DNA from: a virus
Lineage: Duplodnaviria; Caudoviricetes
Strand: one strand, 5' to 3'
Length of the DNA: 64,000 nucleotides
Virus record (IMG/VR): IMGVR_UViG_3300014205_000170
Coordinates: 320,001-384,000 of that record
Shown: in pieces, positions 26,811-35,856 of the stretch
Layout: each line of letters starts with the position of its first letter
Position numbering within the stretch: position 1 is the first letter of the stretch
The notes under the pieces: model-generated
Told to the model about the DNA's origin: nothing
What the model saw: only the letters and a program-made list of their open reading frames with translations
Database searches by the model: none
Position numbers and translations under genes: made by a program

Positions 26811-26883
26811 TGCCTTATAGTATAATGGTTATTATTCTCGTTTCTGAGACGATGAGATGTTGGTTCGAATCCAGCTTAGGTAA
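26811..26883 (+). tRNA. tRNA-Gln(CTG)
   Basis: TCGT-TTCTGAG-ACGA; one T-T mismatch in acceptor stem. Confidence 0.8.
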
Positions 26884-26906
26884 CAAACAAAAAAAATCGT
26901 AACTTT

Positions 26907-27392
26907 ATGGTTATGAAAACGAGAGAAGAACAAATAAAAAATGCTACAGTTCAAATAGGCAATACTGTTAAGGTTAATAAGCGATTATTGGATAAAAAAC
27001 TATCAATAGAACTTTTTAAAGAAACTGCGGAAGAATTATTTAAAGAACATTCAGAATATTATAAGCCAAAACATTTTAATACTATTGTTTATAAATTGTT
27101 TTCTATGAAAAACGTTTTTGTTGCAACAGCTCCATGTGAAGATTTTTTTGATAAAAAAGGAAAATGGATTACAGAAATACCAACTCGTTCACACAGAAGC
27201 TTAGAAGCATTTGATATTATTGATTCTATTCAAAATTATTTAAATGAAGGAGCATTGGTATATTTATATACATTTTATAGTATGAAACAGGATATTGTTA
27301 CAGGTTATAGAAATAATGATTTTACAGACACAATAGTAGAACCAAATGTTGATACATATTGGTGGAGATTAATAGTAAAAAAAGAAGAATAA
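26907..27392 (+). CDS. Hypothetical protein in the Gln operon
   Basis: 161-aa ORF between tRNA-Gln cluster and glnS. Confidence 0.65.
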   Translation: MVMKTREEQIKNATVQIGNTVKVNKRLLDKKLSIELFKETAEELFKEHSEYYKPKHFNTIVYKLFSMKNVFVATAPCEDFFDKKGKWITEIPTRSHRSLEAFDIIDSIQNYLNEGALVYLYTFYSMKQDIVTGYRNNDFTDTIVEPNVDTYWWRLIVKKEE

Positions 27393-27394
27393 TT

Positions 27395-29011
27395 ATGAAT
27401 TTTATTGAAGAAAAAATAATTGAAAAAGGAAATGTTGAGAAATTTAAACTTAGATTTCCACCAGAAAATAATGGCCACCTTCATGTTGGTCATGCGAAAT
27501 CCATATGTCTTAACTTTGGGTTGTCTGAAAAATACAATAGACCTTGTAATTTAAGATTTGATGATACAAATCCTTCTAATGAATCAGATGAATATACAAA
27601 GTCTATTATAAAAGATATTGAATGGTTAAATTATAAGCCGGCAGAAATTTTACATACTTCTGACTATTTCTCTTTTCTTTATGAATCAGCCATAAAATTA
27701 ATCAAAAAAGGATTGGCATATGTTGACGATTCAACATCAGAAGAAATTGCAAAATTAAAAGGTACTCCAACTATGTCTGGAAAACCGTCTCCTTATTATT
27801 CGCGTACCGTTGAAGAAAATTTAGATTTGTTCGAAAGAATGAAAAACGGAGAGTTTACAGAAGGTTCAAAAATTCTTAGAGCTAAAATTGATATGGCTTC
27901 TCCTAATATGATTTTAAGAGACCCAGTGATGTATAGAATTATAAATACAACACATCATCATACAGGAGATGTTTGGAAAATTTATCCAATGTATGATTTC
28001 GCACATCCTTTATCAGATTATACTGAAGGAATCACAGATTCTTTATGTACTTTAGAATTTGAAGTTCATAGACCACTTTATAATTGGTTTTTGGAAAATT
28101 TGAATTTACCAAATCCATTGCCGGAAGAAACAGAATTTGCTCGTTTAAACATTGAATATACAGTACTTTCAAAACGTAAATTAAAAAGATTGGTTGAAGA
28201 GAAATTTGTTTCAGGATGGGACGACCCAAGAATGCCAACCATTTCAGGATTAAGAAGAAGAGGATATACTCCAACAGCTATTAAAGATTTTTGTGAACGA
28301 GTTGGCGTTACAAAAAAAGAATCTTTAATAAGTTATTTGCTTTTAGAAGAATGTTTAAGAAATGACTTAAATAAATCTACCAATAGATTTATGGGAATAA
28401 TGAATCCTGTTAAAATAACAATTACAAACTGGAATAATGGCGTTGAAATGGTTGAAGTTGAGAACAATCCAGAGGATGAAACTGCCGGAAAAAGATTAAT
28501 TCCTTTTTCAAAAGAATTGTGGATTGATAGAGACGATTTTAGAGAAGAAGCTGATAATAAATTTTTCAGATTAAAATTAGGGAGTGAAGTTAGATTGAAA
28601 GGTGCTTATGTCATAAAAGCAGAAGAAGTGATTAAGAATGGAGATGTTATTACGGAAATAAAATGTACATATGACCCTTTAACGAAATCTGGATTAGGCA
28701 CTAACAGAAAAGTTAAAGGAACAATTCATTGGGTTTCTTGCGAACATGGAGTTAAGGCAGAAGTTAGAGAATATTCAAAATTATTCACTCATATCACACC
28801 GGATAAGTCTGAAGATGATTTTGTAAACTATATTGATGCCAACTCTTTGGTTATTAATAACAATGCAATATTTGAACCGGCTGTTTTAAATTGTATTCCT
28901 GGAAAACCAGTTCAAATGATAAGAGTAGGTTATTACGTAAGAGATACGAATGATGAATCTCTTATTTTTAATAAGACCGTGTCTCTTAAGGAGGATAAGT
29001 ATAAATCATAG
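27395..29011 (+). CDS. glnS: Glutaminyl-tRNA synthetase
   Basis: RFPPENNGHLHVGHAKS, NLRFDDTNP, IYPMYDFAH, LCTLEF, VLSKRKL, WDDPRMPT, KVKGTIHWV; start at ATG 27395. Confidence 0.95.
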   Translation: MNFIEEKIIEKGNVEKFKLRFPPENNGHLHVGHAKSICLNFGLSEKYNRPCNLRFDDTNPSNESDEYTKSIIKDIEWLNYKPAEILHTSDYFSFLYESAIKLIKKGLAYVDDSTSEEIAKLKGTPTMSGKPSPYYSRTVEENLDLFERMKNGEFTEGSKILRAKIDMASPNMILRDPVMYRIINTTHHHTGDVWKIYPMYDFAHPLSDYTEGITDSLCTLEFEVHRPLYNWFLENLNLPNPLPEETEFARLNIEYTVLSKRKLKRLVEEKFVSGWDDPRMPTISGLRRRGYTPTAIKDFCERVGVTKKESLISYLLLEECLRNDLNKSTNRFMGIMNPVKITITNWNNGVEMVEVENNPEDETAGKRLIPFSKELWIDRDDFREEADNKFFRLKLGSEVRLKGAYVIKAEEVIKNGDVITEIKCTYDPLTKSGLGTNRKVKGTIHWVSCEHGVKAEVREYSKLFTHITPDKSEDDFVNYIDANSLVINNNAIFEPAVLNCIPGKPVQMIRVGYYVRDTNDESLIFNKTVSLKEDKYKS

Positions 29012-29146
29012 GAGAAAAGTAGTTAATTCTATAAAAATCATATTTTTTTGAACATTTTCAATGTTAAGTTTTTTATATATTGCTTTTTTTCATATATTTG
29101 TTTATATTTATCTAACATACAGATAACAATTTAATAACACAGAAAT

Positions 29147-29542
29147 ATGAAAAAGCTAATATTATTATTAATCTTCTTTGTAACATTTACATCATTTGCT
29201 ACAAATATTACTGAGAAAAACATTGATTATTATTCTAATGGTAATGTGAAAACTAAACTTTTCAAATATGAAGAATATTCTACATTAGTTAAGTATTATG
29301 AAACTGGCAAAATTCAAGAAATTGGATATTTTGATTTATCTGGTAATAAAACCGGTCATTGGCTTAGTTTTTATGATAATGGAAGAATGATGTCAGAAGC
29401 TAATTTTAAAAATGGCAGAAAGCATGGAGAGTGGAAATCTTATGACACTAATGGAAAAATGATTGTTTTTATTAAATATAAACGTGGTCAAAAAATTCTG
29501 GGTTGTCTTGTAAATGATAAAAATGAATTGGTAGTTCGTTAA
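29147..29542 (+). CDS. Secreted MORN-variant repeat (YwqK-like) protein
   Basis: Signal peptide; YYSNGNVK, YYETGKI, FYDNGRM, KHGEWKSYDTNGK repeats. Confidence 0.7.
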   Translation: MKKLILLLIFFVTFTSFATNITEKNIDYYSNGNVKTKLFKYEEYSTLVKYYETGKIQEIGYFDLSGNKTGHWLSFYDNGRMMSEANFKNGRKHGEWKSYDTNGKMIVFIKYKRGQKILGCLVNDKNELVVR

Positions 29543-29560
29543 TGCTAAAACATATATTTA

Positions 29561-29593
29561 AAAGGGTTAAAATTAAGGTTTTAACCCTTTTTT
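29561..29593 (+). terminator. Intrinsic terminator
   Basis: AAAGGGTTAA/TTAACCCTTT followed by T-run. Confidence 0.75.
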
Positions 29594-29669
29594 ATTGTAA
29601 TAAACTTTTAGCTGGGTTTTTCGTTTAAATTATATTGAAATATCATTATTTTTTAGTATTTTTGACATC

Positions 29670-29978
29670 GTGGAGCAGATAAATAATTTCCAACCTAAAG
29701 TAGTGTGGGATAATAATTTTTTTTTAAACAAACTTACAAGGGAAGTTTTTATAGAAAAGATTTTTTTGCACATAAAATATGCTGTTTTAAATGAATGGAA
29801 ACGAGAAAATGGAATACTTTCTTTTTCTATAAAAACAAAATGTGATTTTTGTAAAAAAGAATCAACTGCAATTTTTGATTATGGTTCTAAAAAGAGTAAT
29901 AAAACATTAGGAGTTTGTATTTATTGTGATGAATTAATTATATGTTGGAGTAAATATTTTAATGGAAGAATCAACTAA
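29670..29978 (+). CDS. Hypothetical zinc-ribbon protein
   Basis: CDFC...CIYC. Confidence 0.5.
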   Translation: MEQINNFQPKVVWDNNFFLNKLTREVFIEKIFLHIKYAVLNEWKRENGILSFSIKTKCDFCKKESTAIFDYGSKKSNKTLGVCIYCDELIICWSKYFNGRIN

Positions 29979-30765
29979 ATATTCACGTACATTACACTTT
30001 CCAATTTCGAAGGGAACAACTTCGGATGATAGAATATTGTCCGCTGGGTACTTAGATATTGTTTCTAAGATGAATCTAATTGTTACTGAAAAATTAGATG
30101 GTCAAAATGATTGTTTAAAAAAAGATGGAGTTTTTGCGAGGTCACACACAGCTCCTAGTGCGCATCCTTGGGATAAACCTTTGTGGGATAGATGGAATTT
30201 AATTAAGAACGATTTAAAAGACCTTGAAATATTTGGAGAAAACATGTATGGAATACATTCAGTGGCTTATAGTAAACTTGAATCATTTTATTATGTTTTT
30301 GCAGTAAGAGAAAAAGGAGTTTGGCTTTCTTGGGAAGAAGTTAAATTTTATGCAGCAATGTTGGATTTTCCAGTTGTACCTGAGTTAAAATATGATAATA
30401 CACTTTCTTCATTTGTTAATCCTAAAAAATCAGAGAATGATTGTTTGAAAGAATGGTTACAATCGTTTTTAAAAATGGATTGGGAAGATTACACAAACAC
30501 TTCCGGAGCATTAGGTGGTTATAATCCAAAAAACAATAACAAGCCAGCATGTGAAGGTTTCGTAATTAGAAATTCAACTGCATTTAAAACAAATGATGGA
30601 ATTATAAAAACGCAACCAAATGAATTTCGCAATGTGTTTAAATTAGTTAGAGGAGGCCATGTTCAAACAGATGAACATTGGACTAAAAATTGGCAACCAG
30701 CTACATTAATTAACGGTGAAAAATATGGTTGGTATGGATATGAAAACAATTATAAAAATAAATAA
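29962..30765 (+). CDS. ATP-dependent RNA ligase
   Basis: KYSRTLHFP.S.G, TEKLDG (motif I), FGEN, FYYVFAV, EGFVIR, K.VR..HVQTDEHW. Confidence 0.85.
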   Translation: MEESTKYSRTLHFPISKGTTSDDRILSAGYLDIVSKMNLIVTEKLDGQNDCLKKDGVFARSHTAPSAHPWDKPLWDRWNLIKNDLKDLEIFGENMYGIHSVAYSKLESFYYVFAVREKGVWLSWEEVKFYAAMLDFPVVPELKYDNTLSSFVNPKKSENDCLKEWLQSFLKMDWEDYTNTSGALGGYNPKNNNKPACEGFVIRNSTAFKTNDGIIKTQPNEFRNVFKLVRGGHVQTDEHWTKNWQPATLINGEKYGWYGYENNYKNK

Positions 30766-30767
30766 AA

Positions 30768-30959
30768 ATGAAAATAAGTACACTTTTTAAATATATTGCA
30801 CTTGTGTGTTGTATTACGAATTTGATTTCATCAATTATTTGGTCTTTTGTAGTACATGATTATAATAAAGCTTATGAAAGGTCAGAAATGGCAATGGTCT
30901 TTTTGCTATTTTATGGTGTTTTATATACTATAGATAAAAATAAATGTCAGAAACCATAA
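30768..30959 (+). CDS. Small membrane protein
   Basis: Two hydrophobic segments. Confidence 0.5.
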   Translation: MKISTLFKYIALVCCITNLISSIIWSFVVHDYNKAYERSEMAMVFLLFYGVLYTIDKNKCQKP

Positions 30960-31273
30960 TTAAAACAATTCATAAAGTAAGAGTTTCTGGTAGATGGGTT
31001 GAGTTTTGGTTTAAAGAAAATTTATCTAAAGACAAAAATTACAAAAGTGAATGGGGAGAGTTTATAGGAGAAGAGTGTTTCCATGCTTGTGTAAAAATTA
31101 GTAAGTTATTTCAGGTTTTGAACGAAAAAGAAAATGAACCCATAAGAGAAGAAATGGTAGCAGCAAAACTTAAGAACATTAAGACGGTTTGGGTACATAG
31201 TCACTTTAAAGGTAATTTAGAATTTGTAAGTTTTTTAGAGGGGGTACGAACAGTTTTAATAGAAAAAAAATAA
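30944..31273 (+). CDS. Hypothetical protein
   Basis: 109-aa ORF overlapping its neighbours. Confidence 0.55.
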   Translation: MSETIIKTIHKVRVSGRWVEFWFKENLSKDKNYKSEWGEFIGEECFHACVKISKLFQVLNEKENEPIREEMVAAKLKNIKTVWVHSHFKGNLEFVSFLEGVRTVLIEKK

Positions 31274-32388
31274 TGAATGATAAAATAGATATATTGAAAT
31301 CTTTAGAATCATATTGGAATTGGGATGATGAAGCTTTAGGGTGCATCTCAGCCCTAAAAGGTTGTCAGCAAAGCAAGATTCATCATGCTGAAGGAGATGT
31401 TTATGTTCATACTCAAATGGTGACCAACGAAATGGAACAAGCTCTTAAAACAAAAAACTTTAATCAAACTCAAAAAGATACTTTATTATTATCAGCTCTT
31501 TTACATGATATTGCAAAACCAGACACAACTTATATTGATGAAGAGTCTAAGGATTGGGTAAGTCCGGGTCATGCAAAATTAGGAGAAAAACTTGCAAGAG
31601 AATTGTTGTTTAAAAAATTCCCCTTTTTACAGAGAGAAGAAATTTCTGCACTTGTTCGATATCACGGTTTACCTATTTGGGCAGAAGTAAAACCTAATCC
31701 GGATAAAGCTATTATAGAAGCTTCTTTAAGATGTAATTTAAATGAACTTTCATTATTGGCTGAATGTGATTTTAAAGGAAGAATATGTCAAGATTTAGAT
31801 GATATGCTTCTTCGTATTGAAATATTTAAAGAGAGAGCAGAAAAGCTTAATTGTTTAAATCAACCATATCCATTTGCAAATGACTGGTCTAGATTACATT
31901 GTTTTCGTAGAGATAGTTATCATGCTGCCGAAATATGGGAACCCAAAAAAGGTTGGTTAACAATAATGTGTGGTTTGCCTGGTTCTGGTAAAAACACATG
32001 GTTGAGAAAAAATTGGACCGGAGCCATAGTTGAGTTAGATAGTATAAGACGAAGATTGAAAATCCCTAGTTCTGATACTGATGGACAAGGTACTGTAATG
32101 CAAGAAGCAAAAGAAGAATTGCGTAAAAGTTTTCGTACTGGAGCTGATGTTGCATGGAATGCTACATCTATAACTGAATTACAAAGAGCTCCTCTTATTG
32201 ACCTTGCAATGGATTATGGAATGAAAATTAGAATTGTATATATTGATTGTAGTGTGGAAGAATCTATTCGAAAAAACAAAGAAAGACCTGAAAAAGAAAT
32301 GGTGCCTGAAAAAGCTATTATTAATATGTCTCGAAAGTTTGATATGCCTACCTTAAAAGAATGTCATAAATTAGAAGTAGTAAGATGA
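31273..32388 (+). CDS. HD phosphohydrolase fused to P-loop polynucleotide-kinase-like domain (RNA end-healing)
   Basis: Q...HHAEGDV.VHT, LLHDIAKP, GHA..G; C-terminal GLPGSGKNT, WNAT. Confidence 0.8.
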   Translation: MNDKIDILKSLESYWNWDDEALGCISALKGCQQSKIHHAEGDVYVHTQMVTNEMEQALKTKNFNQTQKDTLLLSALLHDIAKPDTTYIDEESKDWVSPGHAKLGEKLARELLFKKFPFLQREEISALVRYHGLPIWAEVKPNPDKAIIEASLRCNLNELSLLAECDFKGRICQDLDDMLLRIEIFKERAEKLNCLNQPYPFANDWSRLHCFRRDSYHAAEIWEPKKGWLTIMCGLPGSGKNTWLRKNWTGAIVELDSIRRRLKIPSSDTDGQGTVMQEAKEELRKSFRTGADVAWNATSITELQRAPLIDLAMDYGMKIRIVYIDCSVEESIRKNKERPEKEMVPEKAIINMSRKFDMPTLKECHKLEVVR

Positions 32389-32801
32389 TTTTTAATAATA
32401 AAATAAGATTTAAAATTGGAAAGTTACGTTTGAAACTTAAACAAAAATTAAGTGTTAAATATATTCCAAACGAAAGAGAAGAAAAAGTTATTGAAATAGT
32501 TAAAGCTTTAATTAAAGACAAATCTTCTGTTATGTTTTTTGCTCCTTTATCACGAAAACGCTATATAAAAAACGACATAAGAGAAGTATTCTTTATTATG
32601 GAAGATGTTCATTTGACATTAGCTAGTAGTAAACACAGTTATTATTATGATATAAATGTTAATGCTACCGTTGCAGAAATGCTAAAAAAGAATTTTGATA
32701 ATGTTTTAGAAAAGAGAAAAAATGTAATGGAAAAAGAAATGATTACTGGAGTAAAAAGTAATCTGGATTTCATTGCTAAACACATGAATGACCAAAAGTA
32801 A
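32385..32801 (+). CDS. Hypothetical protein
   Basis: 138-aa ORF. Confidence 0.6.
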   Translation: MIFNNKIRFKIGKLRLKLKQKLSVKYIPNEREEKVIEIVKALIKDKSSVMFFAPLSRKRYIKNDIREVFFIMEDVHLTLASSKHSYYYDINVNATVAEMLKKNFDNVLEKRKNVMEKEMITGVKSNLDFIAKHMNDQK

Positions 32802-32831
32802 CATTTATTACATTTTATCGTTTAATCAATT

Positions 32832-33371
32832 ATGGAAAGTCCTGACGAAAAAATAGAGAGGCTTAGAAAAGAACGCGAAGAAACATTGAGACAAAAGTAT
32901 TTAAATGAAGACTTTTATCTTAGTGAAACAGGGGGTTTGTCCAGATATGGGTGGGGTGAAAATTTATTATATGTTGGCATGATGGTTCGCGTGAAAAAAC
33001 CATCTAAATCTAAAATACCTGGATGGAGAAATGGAATAATTGAATATATCAAAATCGAAAACAAAACTCCTAAAATTGGAGTTATTTGTGGGGTTAAAAA
33101 AATAAAATTCGAGAAATCATTTTATGAGGTTTCTCCATCTAATCAAATGCAGCAAATTGTGCTTTGGGAAGGAATAGAGGTTCCGGAGAGATTAAAAAAA
33201 ATGAGTACTTTTCAATTATTAAGTGAATTTAGAAAGAGAAGGAAAGATATTCGTAATGACGAAGAAGAACAATGGTATAAAAAAGAGCTGTATTTGAGAG
33301 AACATGTTGGAACTACTAATAAGAAAATAAAGAAACAATTAAGGCAAAAAAAGTCCATTAATAAAACGTAA
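32832..33371 (+). CDS. Hypothetical protein
   Basis: 179-aa ORF preceded by GTAAC-N16-CGTT. Confidence 0.6.
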   Translation: MESPDEKIERLRKEREETLRQKYLNEDFYLSETGGLSRYGWGENLLYVGMMVRVKKPSKSKIPGWRNGIIEYIKIENKTPKIGVICGVKKIKFEKSFYEVSPSNQMQQIVLWEGIEVPERLKKMSTFQLLSEFRKRRKDIRNDEEEQWYKKELYLREHVGTTNKKIKKQLRQKKSINKT

Positions 33372-33985
33372 TGATAAACATAAGTAAAACTTTTGCTGAA
33401 AAAATGAAAAAATCTATGAAATCCAATGGATTAAATCCAGAAGATTTCGTAATATGTTTTTCTGCGAGTGACTGCTCTTCAAAAGATTCAGAAAAAAAAA
33501 GTTCAGTATCTTTAAGTTGTGTTATAATTCCTTTATATGTTTTTTCAAAATCATCTACTGAAAAAATATCTGTTGATGTTGACCTAAATATGTTATTTAA
33601 GAGATATGGTTGTTGGATTGCTTCTAATACAGCTGCTTTTTTTCATTTAATTAATCGCAAAGTTAGCTTTGATAAAAATAATTCTATTGTTTTTATTCAA
33701 GTTGATATGAAAAGTAAAAATAATTTTGCGCATTTTGTTGGCGGGTGCGTAACAGAGCACATGAAAAATGAAAAATTATCCAAAAAACAATTAAGATTAA
33801 ATTTAAAACTTACAACAACTAGGTTTAAACAATTGCTTGATGGAAAATTGAATTTAAATTTAACTGATTTGTATTCAATTTCTAGAGAAATAAAAGGAGA
33901 AAATAAGATTTCGAAATTTTCAGTATTAATTGAAAAATTTGTTATTCCTAAAGCCCAAGTAATTGAAGAATTTTTTGATGTTTAA
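33371..33985 (+). CDS. Hypothetical protein with C-terminal Xre-type HTH-like region
   Basis: LSKKQL...L.LT...F.QLLDGKLNLNL..L..I pattern. Confidence 0.5.
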   Translation: MINISKTFAEKMKKSMKSNGLNPEDFVICFSASDCSSKDSEKKSSVSLSCVIIPLYVFSKSSTEKISVDVDLNMLFKRYGCWIASNTAAFFHLINRKVSFDKNNSIVFIQVDMKSKNNFAHFVGGCVTEHMKNEKLSKKQLRLNLKLTTTRFKQLLDGKLNLNLTDLYSISREIKGENKISKFSVLIEKFVIPKAQVIEEFFDV

Positions 33986-34004
33986 AAAAAAAATTTTATA
34001 TTTG
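33974..34004 (+). promoter_or_regulatory. Bacteroidota sigma-A promoter of lone tRNA-Arg
   Basis: TTTG-N19-TATATTTG. Confidence 0.65.
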
Positions 34005-34016
34005 CAATAATAATAT

Positions 34017-34088
34017 GCCCTGATAGTTCAATGGATAGAACAAGAGTTTTCTAAACTCTTAATCCAAGTTCGATTCTTGGTCGGGGTA
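34017..34088 (+). tRNA. tRNA-Arg(TCT)
   Basis: AGAGT-TTTCTAA-ACTCT; acceptor GCCCTGA/TCGGGGT. Confidence 0.9.
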
Positions 34089-34096
34089 CACAGAAT

Positions 34097-34258
34097 ATGG
34101 AAACAATATTTCATTTATTAGGATTATGTCCAGACGCTCATTCACATTTTGATATGCTTGATGTAGTAGCTTTATGGGATTCAATAATTTTTTATTGTTC
34201 TCGTCTATCACTTCTTTTTATTAAAATTAAAATTACTATTTTGGATTTAATAAAATAA
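34097..34258 (+). CDS. Small hypothetical protein (53 aa; not in ORF track)
   Basis: METIFHLLGLCPDAHSHFD...; stop overlaps next ATG. Confidence 0.45.
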   Translation: METIFHLLGLCPDAHSHFDMLDVVALWDSIIFYCSRLSLLFIKIKITILDLIK

Positions 34259-34488
34259 TGTCTAAAGAAGAAATATTAAATAAAATTTTTGATAAATTTC
34301 CAGATATATTCGTTAATCAACACAATTCAAATGAAGGTATTTCTGTAAACCTCCTAGCTCAAAAATTAAAACAATTTCAAATACTGGATATAGATTTTCC
34401 TATAAGATTTGTATTGTTCGAAAAAACAGGTAATTTATCAGGCCGAAACATTGAATTGTTAAAGCTTTTTCATCAATTATCTAAATGA
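34258..34488 (+). CDS. Hypothetical protein
   Basis: 76-aa ORF. Confidence 0.5.
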   Translation: MSKEEILNKIFDKFPDIFVNQHNSNEGISVNLLAQKLKQFQILDIDFPIRFVLFEKTGNLSGRNIELLKLFHQLSK

Positions 34489-34528
34489 AAATCTTGATTT
34501 TTATATTTTAATGCATTAAATTTAATGC

Positions 34529-34933
34529 ATGGAGAAAGAAATTTATAATTTATTTGTAGGTCGATGGCAACCACCACATTTAGGACATATGTATTTATTT
34601 AATGAAATTTTAAAACATAATAAAAAAGTTTTAATAGCCATTAGAGATGTGCTTCCTGATGAAAAAAATCCCCTTACTTCTTTACAAGTAAAAGGATTAT
34701 GGGAAAAGATTTATTCAGATAGTGAGGATGTGAAAGTTATGATAATACCGGATATTGAATCTATTAATTGGGGCAGAGGTGTTGGTTACAAAACAACAGA
34801 ACATGTACCGCCGGCAGATATTTATAATATTAGCGCAACTCAAATAAGAAATGAAATAAAAAATGGTTCTGATTCTTGGAAAAAAATGGTGAATGAAAAA
34901 GTCCATGATGAAATTTTTGAATTATTAAAATGA
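34529..34933 (+). CDS. HxGH nucleotidyltransferase (cytidylyltransferase/NMNAT-like)
   Basis: FVGRWQPPHLGH, NP, ISATQIR. Confidence 0.8.
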   Translation: MEKEIYNLFVGRWQPPHLGHMYLFNEILKHNKKVLIAIRDVLPDEKNPLTSLQVKGLWEKIYSDSEDVKVMIIPDIESINWGRGVGYKTTEHVPPADIYNISATQIRNEIKNGSDSWKKMVNEKVHDEIFELLK

Positions 34934-35280
34934 TAAAGACATATAGATTTTATAAAGAACTCGAACGTTGGTATGCAGATATTCCTGAATGGCCCGGAAC
35001 TAAAGAAGAACTTATGATGGTTGAAGGAGCTGATAAAATGTTAGAAATAATTGGAGAAGGTAATTCAGAATTAAAAATGAATTTTGCTTTAACTCCTTTT
35101 GAAAATTCTTCTGAATTAAAACTTTTGTATTTAGGAGAAGAAGAAGGTGGTGGTTATTATCTCTTAGAAAAATTTAATAAGTCTATTTTAAATCATAAAT
35201 TATGGTTATGTGATGTTACGAAGTTTGTATTTAATGACACAAACATGCCCGATAAGATTTTTATTGAAAAAGTGAGCTAA
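34930..35280 (+). CDS. Hypothetical protein (DUF6717-like)
   Basis: MVEGAD.ML, GGGYY, LWLCDVT.FVF...P..I pattern. Confidence 0.6.
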   Translation: MIKTYRFYKELERWYADIPEWPGTKEELMMVEGADKMLEIIGEGNSELKMNFALTPFENSSELKLLYLGEEEGGGYYLLEKFNKSILNHKLWLCDVTKFVFNDTNMPDKIFIEKVS

Positions 35281-35334
35281 ATTCATAAATGTAACCTTCC
35301 CGCTAAGTTTTCGTTTAAATATTAAAAGGACAAT

Positions 35335-35793
35335 ATGAAACACATTCTTTTAATTTTAACAATTAGTATTTTAACATTATTCACGGCATGTGAAAATGGA
35401 GATAAAAATGCTGTCAAAATAGATTCAGAAGCTTTAATAACTCCTGAACCAGAGGTTTTAAATAAGCCTTTTGCTAATCCTGTATTCATTTATGGGTCTT
35501 CATTTGGTAATTTCTTTCAAATGCTTTATAAACAAGGTAAATTTGAAGATATGCTTAAATTTACTAGTTCTAATACTATTACGAAGTTCGGTAAAGAAAA
35601 TATTGTTGTAATGTATCAAAATATGGCATTTGCTTATGAGATGAAATTAAAATCACAAACTATTAGTGGCGATACTACAATTTTAAATTATGAAGCCGGT
35701 ATTTTTGCTACCAAGCACATGATTAGAATACCGGTTATTATTGAAAATGATACCGCAAAAATTGTCATAAACAAATTAGATTGGTTTAAATAA
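35335..35793 (+). CDS. Putative lipoprotein
   Basis: Signal peptide with lipobox FTAC. Confidence 0.6.
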   Translation: MKHILLILTISILTLFTACENGDKNAVKIDSEALITPEPEVLNKPFANPVFIYGSSFGNFFQMLYKQGKFEDMLKFTSSNTITKFGKENIVVMYQNMAFAYEMKLKSQTISGDTTILNYEAGIFATKHMIRIPVIIENDTAKIVINKLDWFK

Positions 35794-35794
35794 C

Positions 35795-35826
35795 AAAAAA
35801 CCCAGAAACTAAGTTCCTGGGTTTTT
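35795..35826. terminator. Bidirectional intrinsic terminator
   Basis: A6-CCCAG...CTGGG-T5 between convergent genes. Confidence 0.75.
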
Positions 35827-35856
35827 AATTCTATCCTTATTCAGGCATTACTCAGA

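Noticed and set aside
26578-29011. TAG-to-Gln recoding (code 15) suggested by GlnRS and multiple tRNA-Gln
   Set aside because: No CTA anticodon is present; capsid, sheath, DnaE and tape measure genes are intact in code 11; TAG ends genes at natural positions, including glnS
12977-29011. Bacterial chromosome segment or prophage boundary
   Set aside because: Composition and promoter motifs match the flanking phage genes; no integrase or att site seen; genes are interleaved with phage-type ORFs. A chimera cannot be fully excluded without reads.
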